Below are positions 35,366 through 45,489 of a stretch of DNA of 64,000 bases, in pieces. This stretch comes from a virus (Duplodnaviria; Heunggongvirae; Uroviricota; Caudoviricetes). Both the position numbers and the translations under genes were made by a program. The stretch lies in IMG/VR virus record IMGVR_UViG_3300032280_000361; one strand, written 5' to 3'. The stretch's first letter is position 1. The number at the start of each line of letters is the position of its first letter. Under the pieces are notes generated by a model. The model made no database searches. It was not told the DNA's origin and saw only the letters and a program-made list of their open reading frames with translations.

Positions 35366-36372
35366 TTTGTTATTTCATTTTTAGTAAACAAATCCCAATA
35401 GTAGTATGATGGATGTCCATTTGTACAAAATCTACCCTCTTTCATTCTCTCCTTTGCTCTTTCTATTGGAAATATATCCTTTTCATTTATAGGATTCCCT
35501 TCTATATCCTCTACAAATAATGCTATGTATTCACTATCTCCTTCTTTGTATTGGTTTCTAGCATATACCCATTCCGTTATACCACCGTATTTTATATCAA
35601 CATCTTCGTAGAACCAAAATCCATTCAAATCCAACATCTTAAACAAATCATTTAAATACGAATCCGATTGAACAAATGTCAATGGCTTCTTTATAACTAA
35701 TTTTTTATCTAAGAAATATGATTTAAAATAAGCCTCCTCATTCTTTTCATCTAATTTAAAGATAGGATAGAATGGAATACTAAATGATTCAGTTTTACAG
35801 AAGATTTTATATGGTATATTATTTGCTTTACAGAAGTTCTGAAGCAATAGAATATGAACTAATGAGTTTATATAACAATACTCAATGGAATAGATATTAT
35901 CAGAAAATGCTTTAGCTATATCAACTATCTCTTTATAATCGGAGAATCCATCACTTACATTACTGATAGTCCCAAATTGGAAATGACCCGAATTATCATC
36001 TGTAAAAAGGTAGTTATTATTCCTAACGTTTGAGGTATCTATCCCAATATTCTTTCTTATCTGAAAATTAGAGGGGAAATAGAACGATTGGCGGGTGAAT
36101 TCCGTACATTGTAGGATGACTGATAGATTTGTATTACCTTCCTTTAATAATCGATTGGCGGTACTTATAATCGATAATACGGAGGTTGCTATGTTATTAC
36201 CTGCCATACCACTATTATATACCTTATTACCGAAATTGCGGTGAATTGCCTCCGGATATGAACCCAAAGGTGAAATACCATCGATAGGAGGAGTAATACC
36301 CTCTAATACCCTCTCTGCCTCCAATAAACGGAAGCTAGTGAAGGAACACCCTGCACATATAACATCTTTCAT
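35350..36372 (-). CDS. SGNH-like hydrolase
   Basis: AGCSFT, N.G..GNN, ILQ.T...R, NGHPS. Confidence 0.6.
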   Translation of the reverse strand: MKDVICAGCSFTSFRLLEAERVLEGITPPIDGISPLGSYPEAIHRNFGNKVYNSGMAGNNIATSVLSIISTANRLLKEGNTNLSVILQCTEFTRQSFYFPSNFQIRKNIGIDTSNVRNNNYLFTDDNSGHFQFGTISNVSDGFSDYKEIVDIAKAFSDNIYSIEYCYINSLVHILLLQNFCKANNIPYKIFCKTESFSIPFYPIFKLDEKNEEAYFKSYFLDKKLVIKKPLTFVQSDSYLNDLFKMLDLNGFWFYEDVDIKYGGITEWVYARNQYKEGDSEYIALFVEDIEGNPINEKDIFPIERAKERMKEGRFCTNGHPSYYYWDLFTKNEITKWGVL

Positions 36373-36388
36373 TTAAACCCTTTTTCGG

Positions 36389-36661
36389 TTAATAAATAGG
36401 AAGTACGGATAGTACTATTGAAGCAAAGTCTTTATAAGTTGTGTTCTCATGTGTTATATCGATGATTTCCCAATCTAATCTCTCAAATCGGATTTTACCA
36501 CCTACATTTAAACAAGGACCTCCCTCAAAGTCAAACATTGTGATACCTTCGGTATCTGAGGATTTTCGGATGAAACGGGAGTTACCCATTAATCTGATTT
36601 TGTTGTGGGAAATTCGTTCGATGGTTCTTTCTTCTCCATCGCGGTTTTTGAAGGTTTCCAT
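36389..36661 (-). CDS. Hypothetical protein
   Basis: FDFEGGP motif; co-directional ORF. Confidence 0.65.
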   Translation of the reverse strand: METFKNRDGEERTIERISHNKIRLMGNSRFIRKSSDTEGITMFDFEGGPCLNVGGKIRFERLDWEIIDITHENTTYKDFASIVLSVLPIY

Positions 36662-36691
36662 TCAATTTTGTCGTTTAGTGAAACAATAAGT

Positions 36692-36928
36692 TTAATTACT
36701 TTTATTTAAATATCTGGATAATAAGAAATACGACAACCAAAAGCAACCTGAAATTGAATAGAAAATTATATCTGCTACCCAATATGAACCACTCATATCC
36801 ATTATTAATTTGAATAGTGCGTCGTATCCAAAGGGGAGAAAGAACATTGCTAACATTAGAGATGTATCTTTGTATAAAGTTATTCTGTGTTCTCTTTCTT
36901 TTAACTTGTTTATTTTTTTTAATATCAC
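36692..36928 (-). CDS. Small membrane protein
   Basis: AMFFLPFGYDALF...FY.ISGCFW; two TM segments. Confidence 0.65.
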   Translation of the reverse strand: MILKKINKLKEREHRITLYKDTSLMLAMFFLPFGYDALFKLIMDMSGSYWVADIIFYSISGCFWLSYFLLSRYLNKSN

Positions 36929-36965
36929 CGTCGCCCATCTAAGTTTAATTTCGTGAAAGTCGTAA

Positions 36966-37283
36966 CTATTTTGATTTAATAATCAATTCACCCAATACTT
37001 CTAATCTACCTACTTCGGTTTGAAAAGTAGTCTGGTCCATATCTAATGATATCTTACCCAAAGTTTCTGTAAATTCTTTTGTAGCAGCCTCAATATCCAT
37101 CTCACCATTTTTTGCCTTCTCATAGTAAGGTAATTTTACAACAAAGTGATGGTATGTTAATAAAGCATCGCCACCCTTTTCTTTTGCATTTTGAGATATC
37201 TTCGCAGCTCCATTCATTCTGTTATTTACAAAATCAATATCTTCTACTACTTCTTCGGATAATATATGTTTTAATCGTATCAT
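36966..37283 (-). CDS. Hypothetical protein (possibly virion-associated)
   Basis: MIRLKHILSE-type N-terminus; TATTTATT upstream. Confidence 0.65.
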   Translation of the reverse strand: MIRLKHILSEEVVEDIDFVNNRMNGAAKISQNAKEKGGDALLTYHHFVVKLPYYEKAKNGEMDIEAATKEFTETLGKISLDMDQTTFQTEVGRLEVLGELIIKSK

Positions 37284-37299
37284 ATGAATAAATATAATG

Positions 37300-37959
37300 T
37301 TATTTAGTTATAGTATAATCCCAATTAGTTTCCGATGGTCTCCATTTACTATAATCTTCAGACCTCCAAACTTTAGTAGAATAACGGAAATAAGGTATTT
37401 TTGTTATATCGGCTGTTCTACTCGGTTGATACCATCGGGTTCTATTGTTTGGTTGTGCACAAAGTTGTCCGTTACTTAATTTAGATATATTATATGATTT
37501 GTGTTCGTTTGGGGTTTCACTCCACCCACAATCCACTTCATTGGGGTCAGAATGTGCAGTATCAATTGTAAAAAGATACTCTCCATCAATAACAGTCTGG
37601 TCTTTAAGAGTTGTGAAAGTTTTCGTTCCTCTTAATATTCGTTTTTCTATTACTGATATATTGTATGAAAGACAATCCCATAGTTGTAGAAAATCTAATG
37701 GGTATATTTTATCACCCTTTTCCAACTCTCTCCAACGAAATGCATGGAGAGGTAACTTGTCGTAAACTGCACCGAAATTATCAATATAAGTTTCGAAAAG
37801 AAGTGCTCTGTTTGGGATTGATTTGGCACTAACCCAATGTCCAGTTTCCCATTCACCATCTCCTAAATAATTTCCCTTTTCATCTGTTTGGAAATCGTAT
37901 AAAAATTTCTTATCTATTAATACTTCAATAGAAGGTATATTAGCAATTAAATAACTCAT
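37300..37959 (-). CDS. Conserved phage hypothetical protein
   Basis: MSYLIANIP, LQLWDC.SY, YLFTID, EHK, NGQ..AQPNNR. Confidence 0.75.
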   Translation of the reverse strand: MSYLIANIPSIEVLIDKKFLYDFQTDEKGNYLGDGEWETGHWVSAKSIPNRALLFETYIDNFGAVYDKLPLHAFRWRELEKGDKIYPLDFLQLWDCLSYNISVIEKRILRGTKTFTTLKDQTVIDGEYLFTIDTAHSDPNEVDCGWSETPNEHKSYNISKLSNGQLCAQPNNRTRWYQPSRTADITKIPYFRYSTKVWRSEDYSKWRPSETNWDYTITK

Positions 37960-37989
37960 CTAATTATGTTTATACCAATAAATATGAAA

Positions 37990-38484
37990 TTAAGAAATAA
38001 GATGTTCCAATCCCTTAGTATTTGCTCTACGATATTTTATATCAAATTCAGATGTTGTTGTACCTTGTTTTACTTGCTTTTTATACCACCAATAAAGGTC
38101 TTCCAATGTTCCTTTACCTCTTTGTCTTTCTAATGATTTTTCCCACAAATCCTTACCAAACTCTTTAGTGAACTCTTTCTGCAATCTCCATAGAATCATA
38201 TTCTCATCTCTGTTAGCTTCTATTTCCAATTTAATGGCTTTGATACGTTTCATTCTCCCCGCTTCTAATGCCGCTTCATTACGATTCTTTTCATCAGTAC
38301 CACCATAATTCTTATAAGCCTGGTCATACGCCTGTTTAGAGGATGCTCTTTGGGAAGCAGCTTCGTTAAACATATAAGAATAATCAAAGTCACCATTTCT
38401 TATCTTTAATAGTAGAGGAGCATCAGAGTTCAATGGTTTATTGGGTCTCCCCTTAGTCCACCATCTAAATGGATTGTATCCCAT
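37990..38484 (-). CDS. Hypothetical protein
   Basis: YNPFRWW...LLLKIRNGDFDYS; packed ORF. Confidence 0.7.
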   Translation of the reverse strand: MGYNPFRWWTKGRPNKPLNSDAPLLLKIRNGDFDYSYMFNEAASQRASSKQAYDQAYKNYGGTDEKNRNEAALEAGRMKRIKAIKLEIEANRDENMILWRLQKEFTKEFGKDLWEKSLERQRGKGTLEDLYWWYKKQVKQGTTTSEFDIKYRRANTKGLEHLIS

Positions 38485-38485
38485 A

Positions 38486-38749
38486 TTATAGTTGTTGAAT
38501 TTTTTCCATTACATCAGTTACATCTTCTGGTCTCAAATACCCAATCACATCATCGGTAACTGGAGTATCGTATGTTAGCCTACCTTCTGAATCCAATACC
38601 GCTATCTCATATAATCCCTTATCACCTCCATAAGTGTGTGGAGTACATACAATACTAGCACCAAAACCATTATCAAATATGATACGGCTCATCACACCTC
38701 CCATTCCGGTAGAGTGTGGTATAAATTCTAAGTCTTTAAATGTTTTCAT
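38486..38749 (-). CDS. Hypothetical phage protein
   Basis: F.NGFGAS...YGG..GLYEIAVL...Y.TPVT.DV.GYL. Confidence 0.75.
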   Translation of the reverse strand: MKTFKDLEFIPHSTGMGGVMSRIIFDNGFGASIVCTPHTYGGDKGLYEIAVLDSEGRLTYDTPVTDDVIGYLRPEDVTDVMEKIQQL

Positions 38750-39413
38750 ATAGATTAAATATTTGTTTATATTGTTTATGTAATTCTTTACAAAGTTTTC
38801 TACTTACTCCTTTACTAAATTTACTATAATCATAGTTAGTACTTAAATATGCCTGAATCTCATCATCTATTACTATTCCATTATATCCCATCTTAAATAG
38901 ATTATTTCTGAATATCTTATACTCTTTAGGTGGGATTGCAATAGTAACCTCATCAACTAATTCTCTGTATTGTTTATTAGTAGCATACAACCCATGACAA
39001 ACTTCATGTTCAAAAGTATCATCATTCGTTGAGGGTGCTCCAATAATGTAACCATTCCAATTACGGGTATTCTTTTTATTGAACATCGTCATTTCAATAG
39101 TTCGTATTATTTCATCCATCACCGCATCGTAAGGTGATTCGTATTCACTTAACTTCTCATAACAATCCCATGCAGTTTTCAATGGTATATTAAATCCACC
39201 CCAATCAAATGGGTATGTAAACACATCTTTGTTTCTTCTACTATACCATTCAATGTAATCCCAAATATTAAAGTTCTTACCTCTAAATTGTGGATTAGGT
39301 GATTCATAATATTCCTGCACTCTAAGAAATAACATTGCTCTATGGTAATGGTCTTTTACTATTACCGCAAATATGTTAGGTCTAACTTCTTCTATTTTGT
39401 AATCTATTTTCAT
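38736..39413 (-). CDS. HExxH-motif putative metallopeptidase
   Basis: FLRVQEYYES, HEVCHG, DEIQAY. Confidence 0.6.
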   Translation of the reverse strand: MKIDYKIEEVRPNIFAVIVKDHYHRAMLFLRVQEYYESPNPQFRGKNFNIWDYIEWYSRRNKDVFTYPFDWGGFNIPLKTAWDCYEKLSEYESPYDAVMDEIIRTIEMTMFNKKNTRNWNGYIIGAPSTNDDTFEHEVCHGLYATNKQYRELVDEVTIAIPPKEYKIFRNNLFKMGYNGIVIDDEIQAYLSTNYDYSKFSKGVSRKLCKELHKQYKQIFNLYENI

Positions 39414-40013
39414 TTAAATGTTTTCGGTTCGGAATATTTTTTCTAATTTTGGAGTAAGATAATCATACTTCATATTAAACTTATTACTCATTGCATTAAC
39501 TAAGTTTTTATTCTTATATGGTGAGTTTTTTGGTTTACTCCATTTTCTTGTTACCAACATCCAATTGTAAAATTGAACATAAGCATTTGCCTTTTTAACA
39601 TAGTGTACCAAATCAACTTTCAATTCAAATTTCTTAATTATTTTAACGGCTCTTTTCTCATTATCCAATTCTAAATCTCTGGCAACTCCAATATGTTTTT
39701 CAATGGTTCTACAATTTTTACCATCCAACCAATCCCATACTTTACCTAATGATACTTCTGCCTTTTTCCAAATCGGAACTTGCTCAACCCATTGTGTTAA
39801 GTGCCCATATTCATGTGCCAATATTTCAATCCAATCAGGTCGATTCATAGCAACTACTAATTCAGGTACTTCTTCATCAAACCACCCACTACATTTTACA
39901 TTACCATCCATCTTAACATACTTAGATGGTCGTAGTGAACATTTTACTCCATATGTTTTACATTCATCCTTCACAAATTGTATGAAGGCTAATTCTTTTT
40001 TTGTCTTATTCAT
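39414..40013 (-). CDS. HExxH-motif putative metallopeptidase
   Basis: LAHEYGHLTQW, LELDNE.RA. Confidence 0.6.
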   Translation of the reverse strand: MNKTKKELAFIQFVKDECKTYGVKCSLRPSKYVKMDGNVKCSGWFDEEVPELVVAMNRPDWIEILAHEYGHLTQWVEQVPIWKKAEVSLGKVWDWLDGKNCRTIEKHIGVARDLELDNEKRAVKIIKKFELKVDLVHYVKKANAYVQFYNWMLVTRKWSKPKNSPYKNKNLVNAMSNKFNMKYDYLTPKLEKIFRTENI

Positions 40014-40024
40014 TTGGTTAGGTT

Positions 40025-40056
40025 AAAAAAAGGAGGGGAAGATTTCTCCTCCCCAG
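40025..40056 (-). terminator. Intrinsic terminator
   Basis: GGGGAGGAG-AAAT-CTTCCCCTCC followed by U7. Confidence 0.65.
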
Positions 40057-40074
40057 CCTTCCGAGTTATGAAAA

Positions 40075-41325
40075 CTACCACACAATCGTATCACTATCAG
40101 TAGATGCTTCTTCTTTTACTTCATTGAAGAGAGTCTCATCTGTAGTTTTAATATATTTCTGAACTAATTGTTTCACATAAGTTCTCTCACTTTCCAATCC
40201 TCCATCTGCTGAAAAGAAAGGTAAGATAGCAACCTCAGCGGCCTCCATCAAAGTGAATCCATCGTAAAGTAATCCACCCATCTCTACCGATGCTCTCGTT
40301 GAAATCATATTAGTTAATTTAGCAACCTCTGAACGGCTAACCTCTCTGGTGTTGTGAGCAATCTCAGCAACAGCTCTCAAATCGGTCTCATCAACTTCGG
40401 GATACATCTTATTAAGTAAGGTGAACTCCTCTTCTGCGTTAAGTAAATCCATTTCAATCATTACGAAACGGTCTAAAATTGCTCTATCCAATACCCTTGT
40501 CGCAGTATATTCATTACCGATGTTTGCGGTAGCGATGAAAGTAACACCTTCAGCTACATTCACAATTGGAGAACCTTCTGCCTCATCCAAACGTAAGTAA
40601 CGTTGGTTAGCATCTAATACTGTCATTAAGATATTCCAAGCATCAGGGTGTGCTCTACTCAACTCATCCAATAACACAATTGCGTTTGGAGTTTTGATTG
40701 CCTTAATGAAAGCAGATTCAGAGAAGAAAGTTCCTTTCTCTTTAGAGAACTGAGTGTTACCAATTAAGGTTGCTCTCGGGTCTTGTGTAGAACCTAAGTT
40801 GAAGTAGAAATCAGGTCGTTGTAACTGAGTAACTAAGTGTTTAGCGGCCATTGTTTTACCACAACCTGCTGCACCTGTCATCATAATGTTCTTACCTCTT
40901 ACCGCTGAACGAATCAAATACTTCCATTTGATATCTTTGATAATTAAGTTTTCAGGCTTTAATTTCAAAGAATCTTCGTGGATGATTTTCTTAATCTCCG
41001 TATGGTCATTTGTAGGTTCAATATTAACCTCACCATTTTCTTTCAATGGTTTAATCATCATATTGTATTCCTCCAATGAAACACCTTTCCAACTTTTACG
41101 ACCTGTTTTGGAAACATGCTCTCTAAGAGCCATTGCACTCTCATAAGCATTCTTACGAGTCTTAGTGTTTGCACCACCATTACCAATGTTGATGCCTTCT
41201 GCTGTAATCATTTGGAACTGATTTCCAATTTTTTCAACTTTACAGATGTTGTTTGTGTAACCTACCGATACATCGGCCAAATTTTGATTTTTCATAACTC
41301 TATTTTTGTGTGTGTGTTTAATCAT
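40075..41325 (-). CDS. MoxR/CobS-like AAA+ ATPase
   Basis: GAAGCGKT, LLDELSRA, FIATAN.G..Y, LDRAILDRF, ISTR. Confidence 0.9.
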   Translation of the reverse strand: MIKHTHKNRVMKNQNLADVSVGYTNNICKVEKIGNQFQMITAEGINIGNGGANTKTRKNAYESAMALREHVSKTGRKSWKGVSLEEYNMMIKPLKENGEVNIEPTNDHTEIKKIIHEDSLKLKPENLIIKDIKWKYLIRSAVRGKNIMMTGAAGCGKTMAAKHLVTQLQRPDFYFNLGSTQDPRATLIGNTQFSKEKGTFFSESAFIKAIKTPNAIVLLDELSRAHPDAWNILMTVLDANQRYLRLDEAEGSPIVNVAEGVTFIATANIGNEYTATRVLDRAILDRFVMIEMDLLNAEEEFTLLNKMYPEVDETDLRAVAEIAHNTREVSRSEVAKLTNMISTRASVEMGGLLYDGFTLMEAAEVAILPFFSADGGLESERTYVKQLVQKYIKTTDETLFNEVKEEASTDSDTIVW

Positions 41326-41336
41326 TTATTACATAG

Positions 41337-41368
41337 TAAAGATAAGGAAAAGGTCTGAGACCGCCAAA
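41337..41368 (-). promoter_or_regulatory. Bacteroidota-type promoter (early class)
   Basis: TTTG-N20-TATCTTTA-CTATG. Confidence 0.65.
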
Positions 41369-41386
41369 TCTTTTTTCATTTATTTT

Positions 41387-41764
41387 TTATACCATTGGAA
41401 ATCCATTGGTATATGTGGTTGAACGATGCAAACTTTGTGAATGATTGCCCGGCTTAGATGTGTATGCCATTCTACCATAACTCTTAACCGATGCTGAGAA
41501 ACTACCCATACTATCCCAAGAACTCTCCCATTTCTCCGGTATTACCCCTTCTTTTACATAAACAAAGGGTGAATCACCAATCATCCCTGTGGAGGTAATA
41601 TCCTTATTAGCAACCTTACGGAAGATGTTTTTTCGGTTCTCCTTATCTACTTCAATGAATAGAACCGAACGAGCTTTTACCTTACATACTTTAAGGATTT
41701 TAGTTCCAGATTTACCATCTTTGGAAACTACCACGTGAACCATTTGACCAGTTAAATTTTCCAT
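41387..41764 (-). CDS. Hypothetical protein
   Basis: ORF behind promoter 41788-41819. Confidence 0.65.
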   Translation of the reverse strand: MENLTGQMVHVVVSKDGKSGTKILKVCKVKARSVLFIEVDKENRKNIFRKVANKDITSTGMIGDSPFVYVKEGVIPEKWESSWDSMGSFSASVKSYGRMAYTSKPGNHSQSLHRSTTYTNGFPMV

Positions 41765-41787
41765 ATCTCTTATCTTTTAGTACATAG

Positions 41788-41819
41788 TAAAGGTAGTGAA
41801 TGTCGCCCAATTATCCAAG
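41788..41819 (-). promoter_or_regulatory. Bacteroidota-type promoter (early class)
   Basis: CTTG-N20-TACCTTTA-CTATG. Confidence 0.65.
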
Positions 41820-41917
41820 CATTTTACCAATTATTTTTCAAAAAAGTGAAATATTTTTTATTGAGTATCAACGAGTTATGAAAACAAATAACCCATTGAA
41901 AATCAATGGGTTAGTGT

Positions 41918-44032
41918 TTATTTAGTTAAGAACATTCTATTCAAAGTAGCAGTTACTTCTGATATTGAATTGATGTTGATGAACTTAGAATCAGCACCAT
42001 ACATCGTTCTGAATCGGTCTCTAGATGAACCACCATCACCATAATCGGTAACGAAGTAAGAAAGAACTCCAATACCTCTCTCTCTAATCTTATTAACCTC
42101 TTTCTTAGTGTGTTCAGCGGCGTGTTGTCCGGTGTACTGAATATCCGAATTAGAGAAACAAGGTTCACCATCGGAGATATTCACAAAGTAAGAATCCAAA
42201 TCATTGGTTGAACTTACTAATAACTTTTGAATTGCTTCAAATGTTAATCCTTCTGGAGTAGTTCCTGATTCTCTTAAGAAAGGGAAAAGAGATTTAATCT
42301 TTTGGAATGAATCCTTTCTACTATCGTAAGCAAATAAGATAACTGGCAAATTGGAATCTGAATATCGGAATGTGATTTGTAATTCTAAGTTACCAATCAT
42401 TGAAACCGCTTTAGCTAATGCAATTGCGTTAATCATTGTTTGCTTCCATTTCTGTCCACCCATTGAACCACTCGCATCAATTGATAAGTGGATGTTTGCT
42501 TTCTTAAACTTATCTACAAAGGTTTGAGTAAATACGTTCTCATAATCGAATCCTAAAGAAGCAACCATTCTACCATCAATCTTACCATTCTTTTGGCGAT
42601 TGAAGATTGTTTCTCTACTCTCATTACGAACCTGCAATTTCTTACCCATTACAGTTCCCATTGTTTCTGCTTGAAGAAAATCGGATTCTGAAAGGTTTCT
42701 TCTTAACTCTTTTTCATTTGTTTTCCAATTAGTAGAACAATAAGCCATGTGAAAAGTACTACTCTCCATCATTTGCTTTGTAAGATTCTTAATGATGATT
42801 ACATCAACACCTTTGTTCTTACCATGTCCATTAGTAAAGTTATCAGCAACGTGCGTTATCTCTGCACCTTGAGAATCTACTGAAGTAATTTCGGATTCTA
42901 ATTGTTTGGTGATTGTTTTCTTTTTAAGCTTACCATCTAAGAAATCCTTTTGTTTCTTAATAGCTTTGTCCAACTGTCTTTTCTGAGTAGCAGAAAGGTT
43001 AGAAGGTTTTTTGTTTGAAGCATTTCCACCATCAGAATCTTTATCAGATTCTTTACCATCTCCTGATTCACCATCTTTACCACTACCATCATCAGAACCG
43101 TCCATTGGCTCACCACCATCCGCAGAAGAACTCATTCCGCTACCACCACTATTTTCTTCATCAGAATCTCCCTCCATATTTTGAGCATTTCCACCACCCT
43201 CTTCACCACCTTCTCCACCTTCACCTTGTTGGCCTTCTTGTGTTTGATTACCGGTTTCCTGAACTTCGATGTTATCTAAAATCACATCATAAATCTCATA
43301 ACACAAATCCAATACCTCTTTAGTACTTTTCAATCTACCAATATTCTTAAGGTCAATCATACCATAAATCTTTCTTAATCCTTTAAGTGCCCCTAATGTA
43401 GTATTAGAGTTAACTAAGTTGATTAATCGGAACATATATGATTCGATATCCTCATTTGTATATTCACCATCCTTAAGTGCCTTATCTACAATCTTATCAT
43501 TGAAATAAAAATCATAAAGTTTAAGGTAGTATTCTCTGTAGCCAGGAGCCTTAGTGTAAATAAAGTTATCAATTCTCCTATCCTCTACAATATTACACAG
43601 ATTTTTGATGTGGTCATTTACTGCCCATACATTAATGTTTTTAGTAAGTGCTTTATCCTTCAACTCTTGAGGAATTAAAGAATTCATTTTCTGTAATAAT
43701 TTGAAATCGGAAAGTAAAATGTGAGAACCTTCGTGCAATGCCAATCCAACCCCAACATCAAACTTTTCAGGACTATCAACATCACCACTAATTGTTACGG
43801 TTTCACCATCCGTATAACTATTCTTAGTTTCGAATCGAACTGGAATGTTTTTACCGGTAGCAATTGAAACGAAGTTTGAAATAGCTTTACGAGCAGATGA
43901 TAATCGATACTTTTTGATGGTATCTACTGCTGATTCGGAAATAGACGAGTAAACGATGGTTTCATCGAAGTCGTGTTCATCATACCAGAATGATGAGTGG
44001 TATGAGCTCTTTTTGTGTGTGTATTTTTTCAT
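41918..44032 (-). CDS. CobT-like protein: HExxH peptidase domain, acidic linker, C-terminal vWA domain
   Basis: LHEGSH, NIVEDRRID, G/D/E/S-rich linker, MIDAS DASGSM..TP..ISDGEP. Confidence 0.88.
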   Translation of the reverse strand: MKKYTHKKSSYHSSFWYDEHDFDETIVYSSISESAVDTIKKYRLSSARKAISNFVSIATGKNIPVRFETKNSYTDGETVTISGDVDSPEKFDVGVGLALHEGSHILLSDFKLLQKMNSLIPQELKDKALTKNINVWAVNDHIKNLCNIVEDRRIDNFIYTKAPGYREYYLKLYDFYFNDKIVDKALKDGEYTNEDIESYMFRLINLVNSNTTLGALKGLRKIYGMIDLKNIGRLKSTKEVLDLCYEIYDVILDNIEVQETGNQTQEGQQGEGGEGGEEGGGNAQNMEGDSDEENSGGSGMSSSADGGEPMDGSDDGSGKDGESGDGKESDKDSDGGNASNKKPSNLSATQKRQLDKAIKKQKDFLDGKLKKKTITKQLESEITSVDSQGAEITHVADNFTNGHGKNKGVDVIIIKNLTKQMMESSTFHMAYCSTNWKTNEKELRRNLSESDFLQAETMGTVMGKKLQVRNESRETIFNRQKNGKIDGRMVASLGFDYENVFTQTFVDKFKKANIHLSIDASGSMGGQKWKQTMINAIALAKAVSMIGNLELQITFRYSDSNLPVILFAYDSRKDSFQKIKSLFPFLRESGTTPEGLTFEAIQKLLVSSTNDLDSYFVNISDGEPCFSNSDIQYTGQHAAEHTKKEVNKIRERGIGVLSYFVTDYGDGGSSRDRFRTMYGADSKFININSISEVTATLNRMFLTK

Positions 44033-44051
44033 ATCTCTTTTTCTTATACCA

Positions 44052-44083
44052 TAAAGATACGAAGAAAGACTGAGACCACCAAG
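44052..44083 (-). promoter_or_regulatory. Bacteroidota-type promoter
   Basis: CTTG-N20-TATCTTTA. Confidence 0.65.
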
Positions 44084-44126
44084 CCTTTTCTAAATTATTT
44101 TTTTAATTTTTTTAATTGAGTATCAA

Positions 44127-45233
44127 TTAGTTATGAATAAGATTATAAAGGAATGTGTTAATTTTGATTATTTCGTCTAATCTTTTTCGATTTTTTGTGG
44201 TTAATATTGATAATTTTTTTAATAAACTATCATACTCACTCATTGGCATAAATGATATTTTCCTAACTAACTCTACTTTATCCTTAGATATACCATCAAA
44301 TACTTCCTTATTATAATCTCTAAACCCAAACTCTTCTAAAAATGTTCCGACCGATTTATTCATATAAATAAAAGGTTTACCTATTGATAGTAAATCTATT
44401 GTTTTTTCTGTTATCAAATCATTCATACAATCTTTTATAATATCTGATTCTGTTCCCGATTCAAAATAAATAGAAATATCACTTTTCAGAGTATGATTAT
44501 AAAGTTTATTTAATACCCAGCTATTAAAATTTTTATCAATGTCATCTATACTCAGATATTTTTTATTAATGTTTTTGATTTTATCAAACTCATCATGTAA
44601 TTCAAATTTAGTAAAATATTCCTCCACCAACTTATATGATTCTTCTGTACTTAACACAGAATTATGAACACTAATTTTAATGTTTTCGTTTAAGTGAGTA
44701 TCAATCAATCGATATAAAAATTTAATCCTATTTATTTTCTTAATTTCTCTTACAGAATAATCTACTCTGCATTCCTTTAACTTTATTGAATTGAATAGTT
44801 CATAAGCCGCATAATGATATTTACCCCACTTATCATCGTTAATCATATAATTTAGAATTAATGATAAATCAAAATAAGTATTATACAGATTATTTATAGT
44901 AGGTGATATGAAATTTAAATTAGAAGGAGTAAAATTTAATTCACTTAAATACCCGTATGATGTATTACAATCAACTATAGGAGATAATAAAAAAATAGGA
45001 ATTGTTTTGATGGATTCACATATATGCAAATCATCTGTTATGATAATGTCAACCCCATCAATATTATTATCAAAATCTTTAACTACCACTGTAATACCAT
45101 TCTTTGATAATATGTTCTTAAGAATGATTAGTGGTATATTCTCAACATCATTTTTTTCAGGAATAAATTTGGTATTCCTTAATAAAGCGTATAATAATTT
45201 CATTTCCGAAATTACTATTAAAACTTTTTTCAT
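44127..45233 (-). CDS. Putative glycosyltransferase-like phage protein
   Basis: FES...ITEKT...GKPFI...LEEFGF motif, paralogous to 28450 and 34214. Confidence 0.5.
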   Translation of the reverse strand: MKKVLIVISEMKLLYALLRNTKFIPEKNDVENIPLIILKNILSKNGITVVVKDFDNNIDGVDIIITDDLHICESIKTIPIFLLSPIVDCNTSYGYLSELNFTPSNLNFISPTINNLYNTYFDLSLILNYMINDDKWGKYHYAAYELFNSIKLKECRVDYSVREIKKINRIKFLYRLIDTHLNENIKISVHNSVLSTEESYKLVEEYFTKFELHDEFDKIKNINKKYLSIDDIDKNFNSWVLNKLYNHTLKSDISIYFESGTESDIIKDCMNDLITEKTIDLLSIGKPFIYMNKSVGTFLEEFGFRDYNKEVFDGISKDKVELVRKISFMPMSEYDSLLKKLSILTTKNRKRLDEIIKINTFLYNLIHN

Positions 45234-45241
45234 ATAATCAA

Positions 45242-45394
45242 TTAATAATCATCGTCTGGACCGAATGTATCTTCCATCTCCATTCTTTCATATAATTCCT
45301 CCAATTTAGCATGCGCACTCTTCACTAAATCCCAATTTTCAGCATCCATTGCATCTTCTAAGATGATTAGGATGTTATTTAATTTGTCTAACAT
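45242..45394 (-). CDS. Small acidic protein (50 aa)
   Basis: Manual ORF MLDKLNNILIILEDAMDAENWDLVK... Confidence 0.55.
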   Translation of the reverse strand: MLDKLNNILIILEDAMDAENWDLVKSAHAKLEELYERMEMEDTFGPDDDY

Positions 45395-45441
45395 AGTTCT
45401 TTCTATTTTGTAATTAAATATATAGATATTTTTTTTTAAAT

Positions 45442-45470
45442 AAAAAAGGAGGATTATACATCCCCCCTTT
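45442..45470 (-). terminator. Intrinsic terminator
   Basis: AAAGGGGGAT...TCCTCCCTTTTTT. Confidence 0.65.
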
Positions 45471-45489
45471 CATTTATTAATTATTTTAA

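Noticed and set aside
40075-44032. Cobalamin biosynthesis (cobS/cobT) as an auxiliary metabolic function
   Set aside because: No cobN or other cob genes are present; the vWA protein carries an HExxH domain typical of phage MoxR partners
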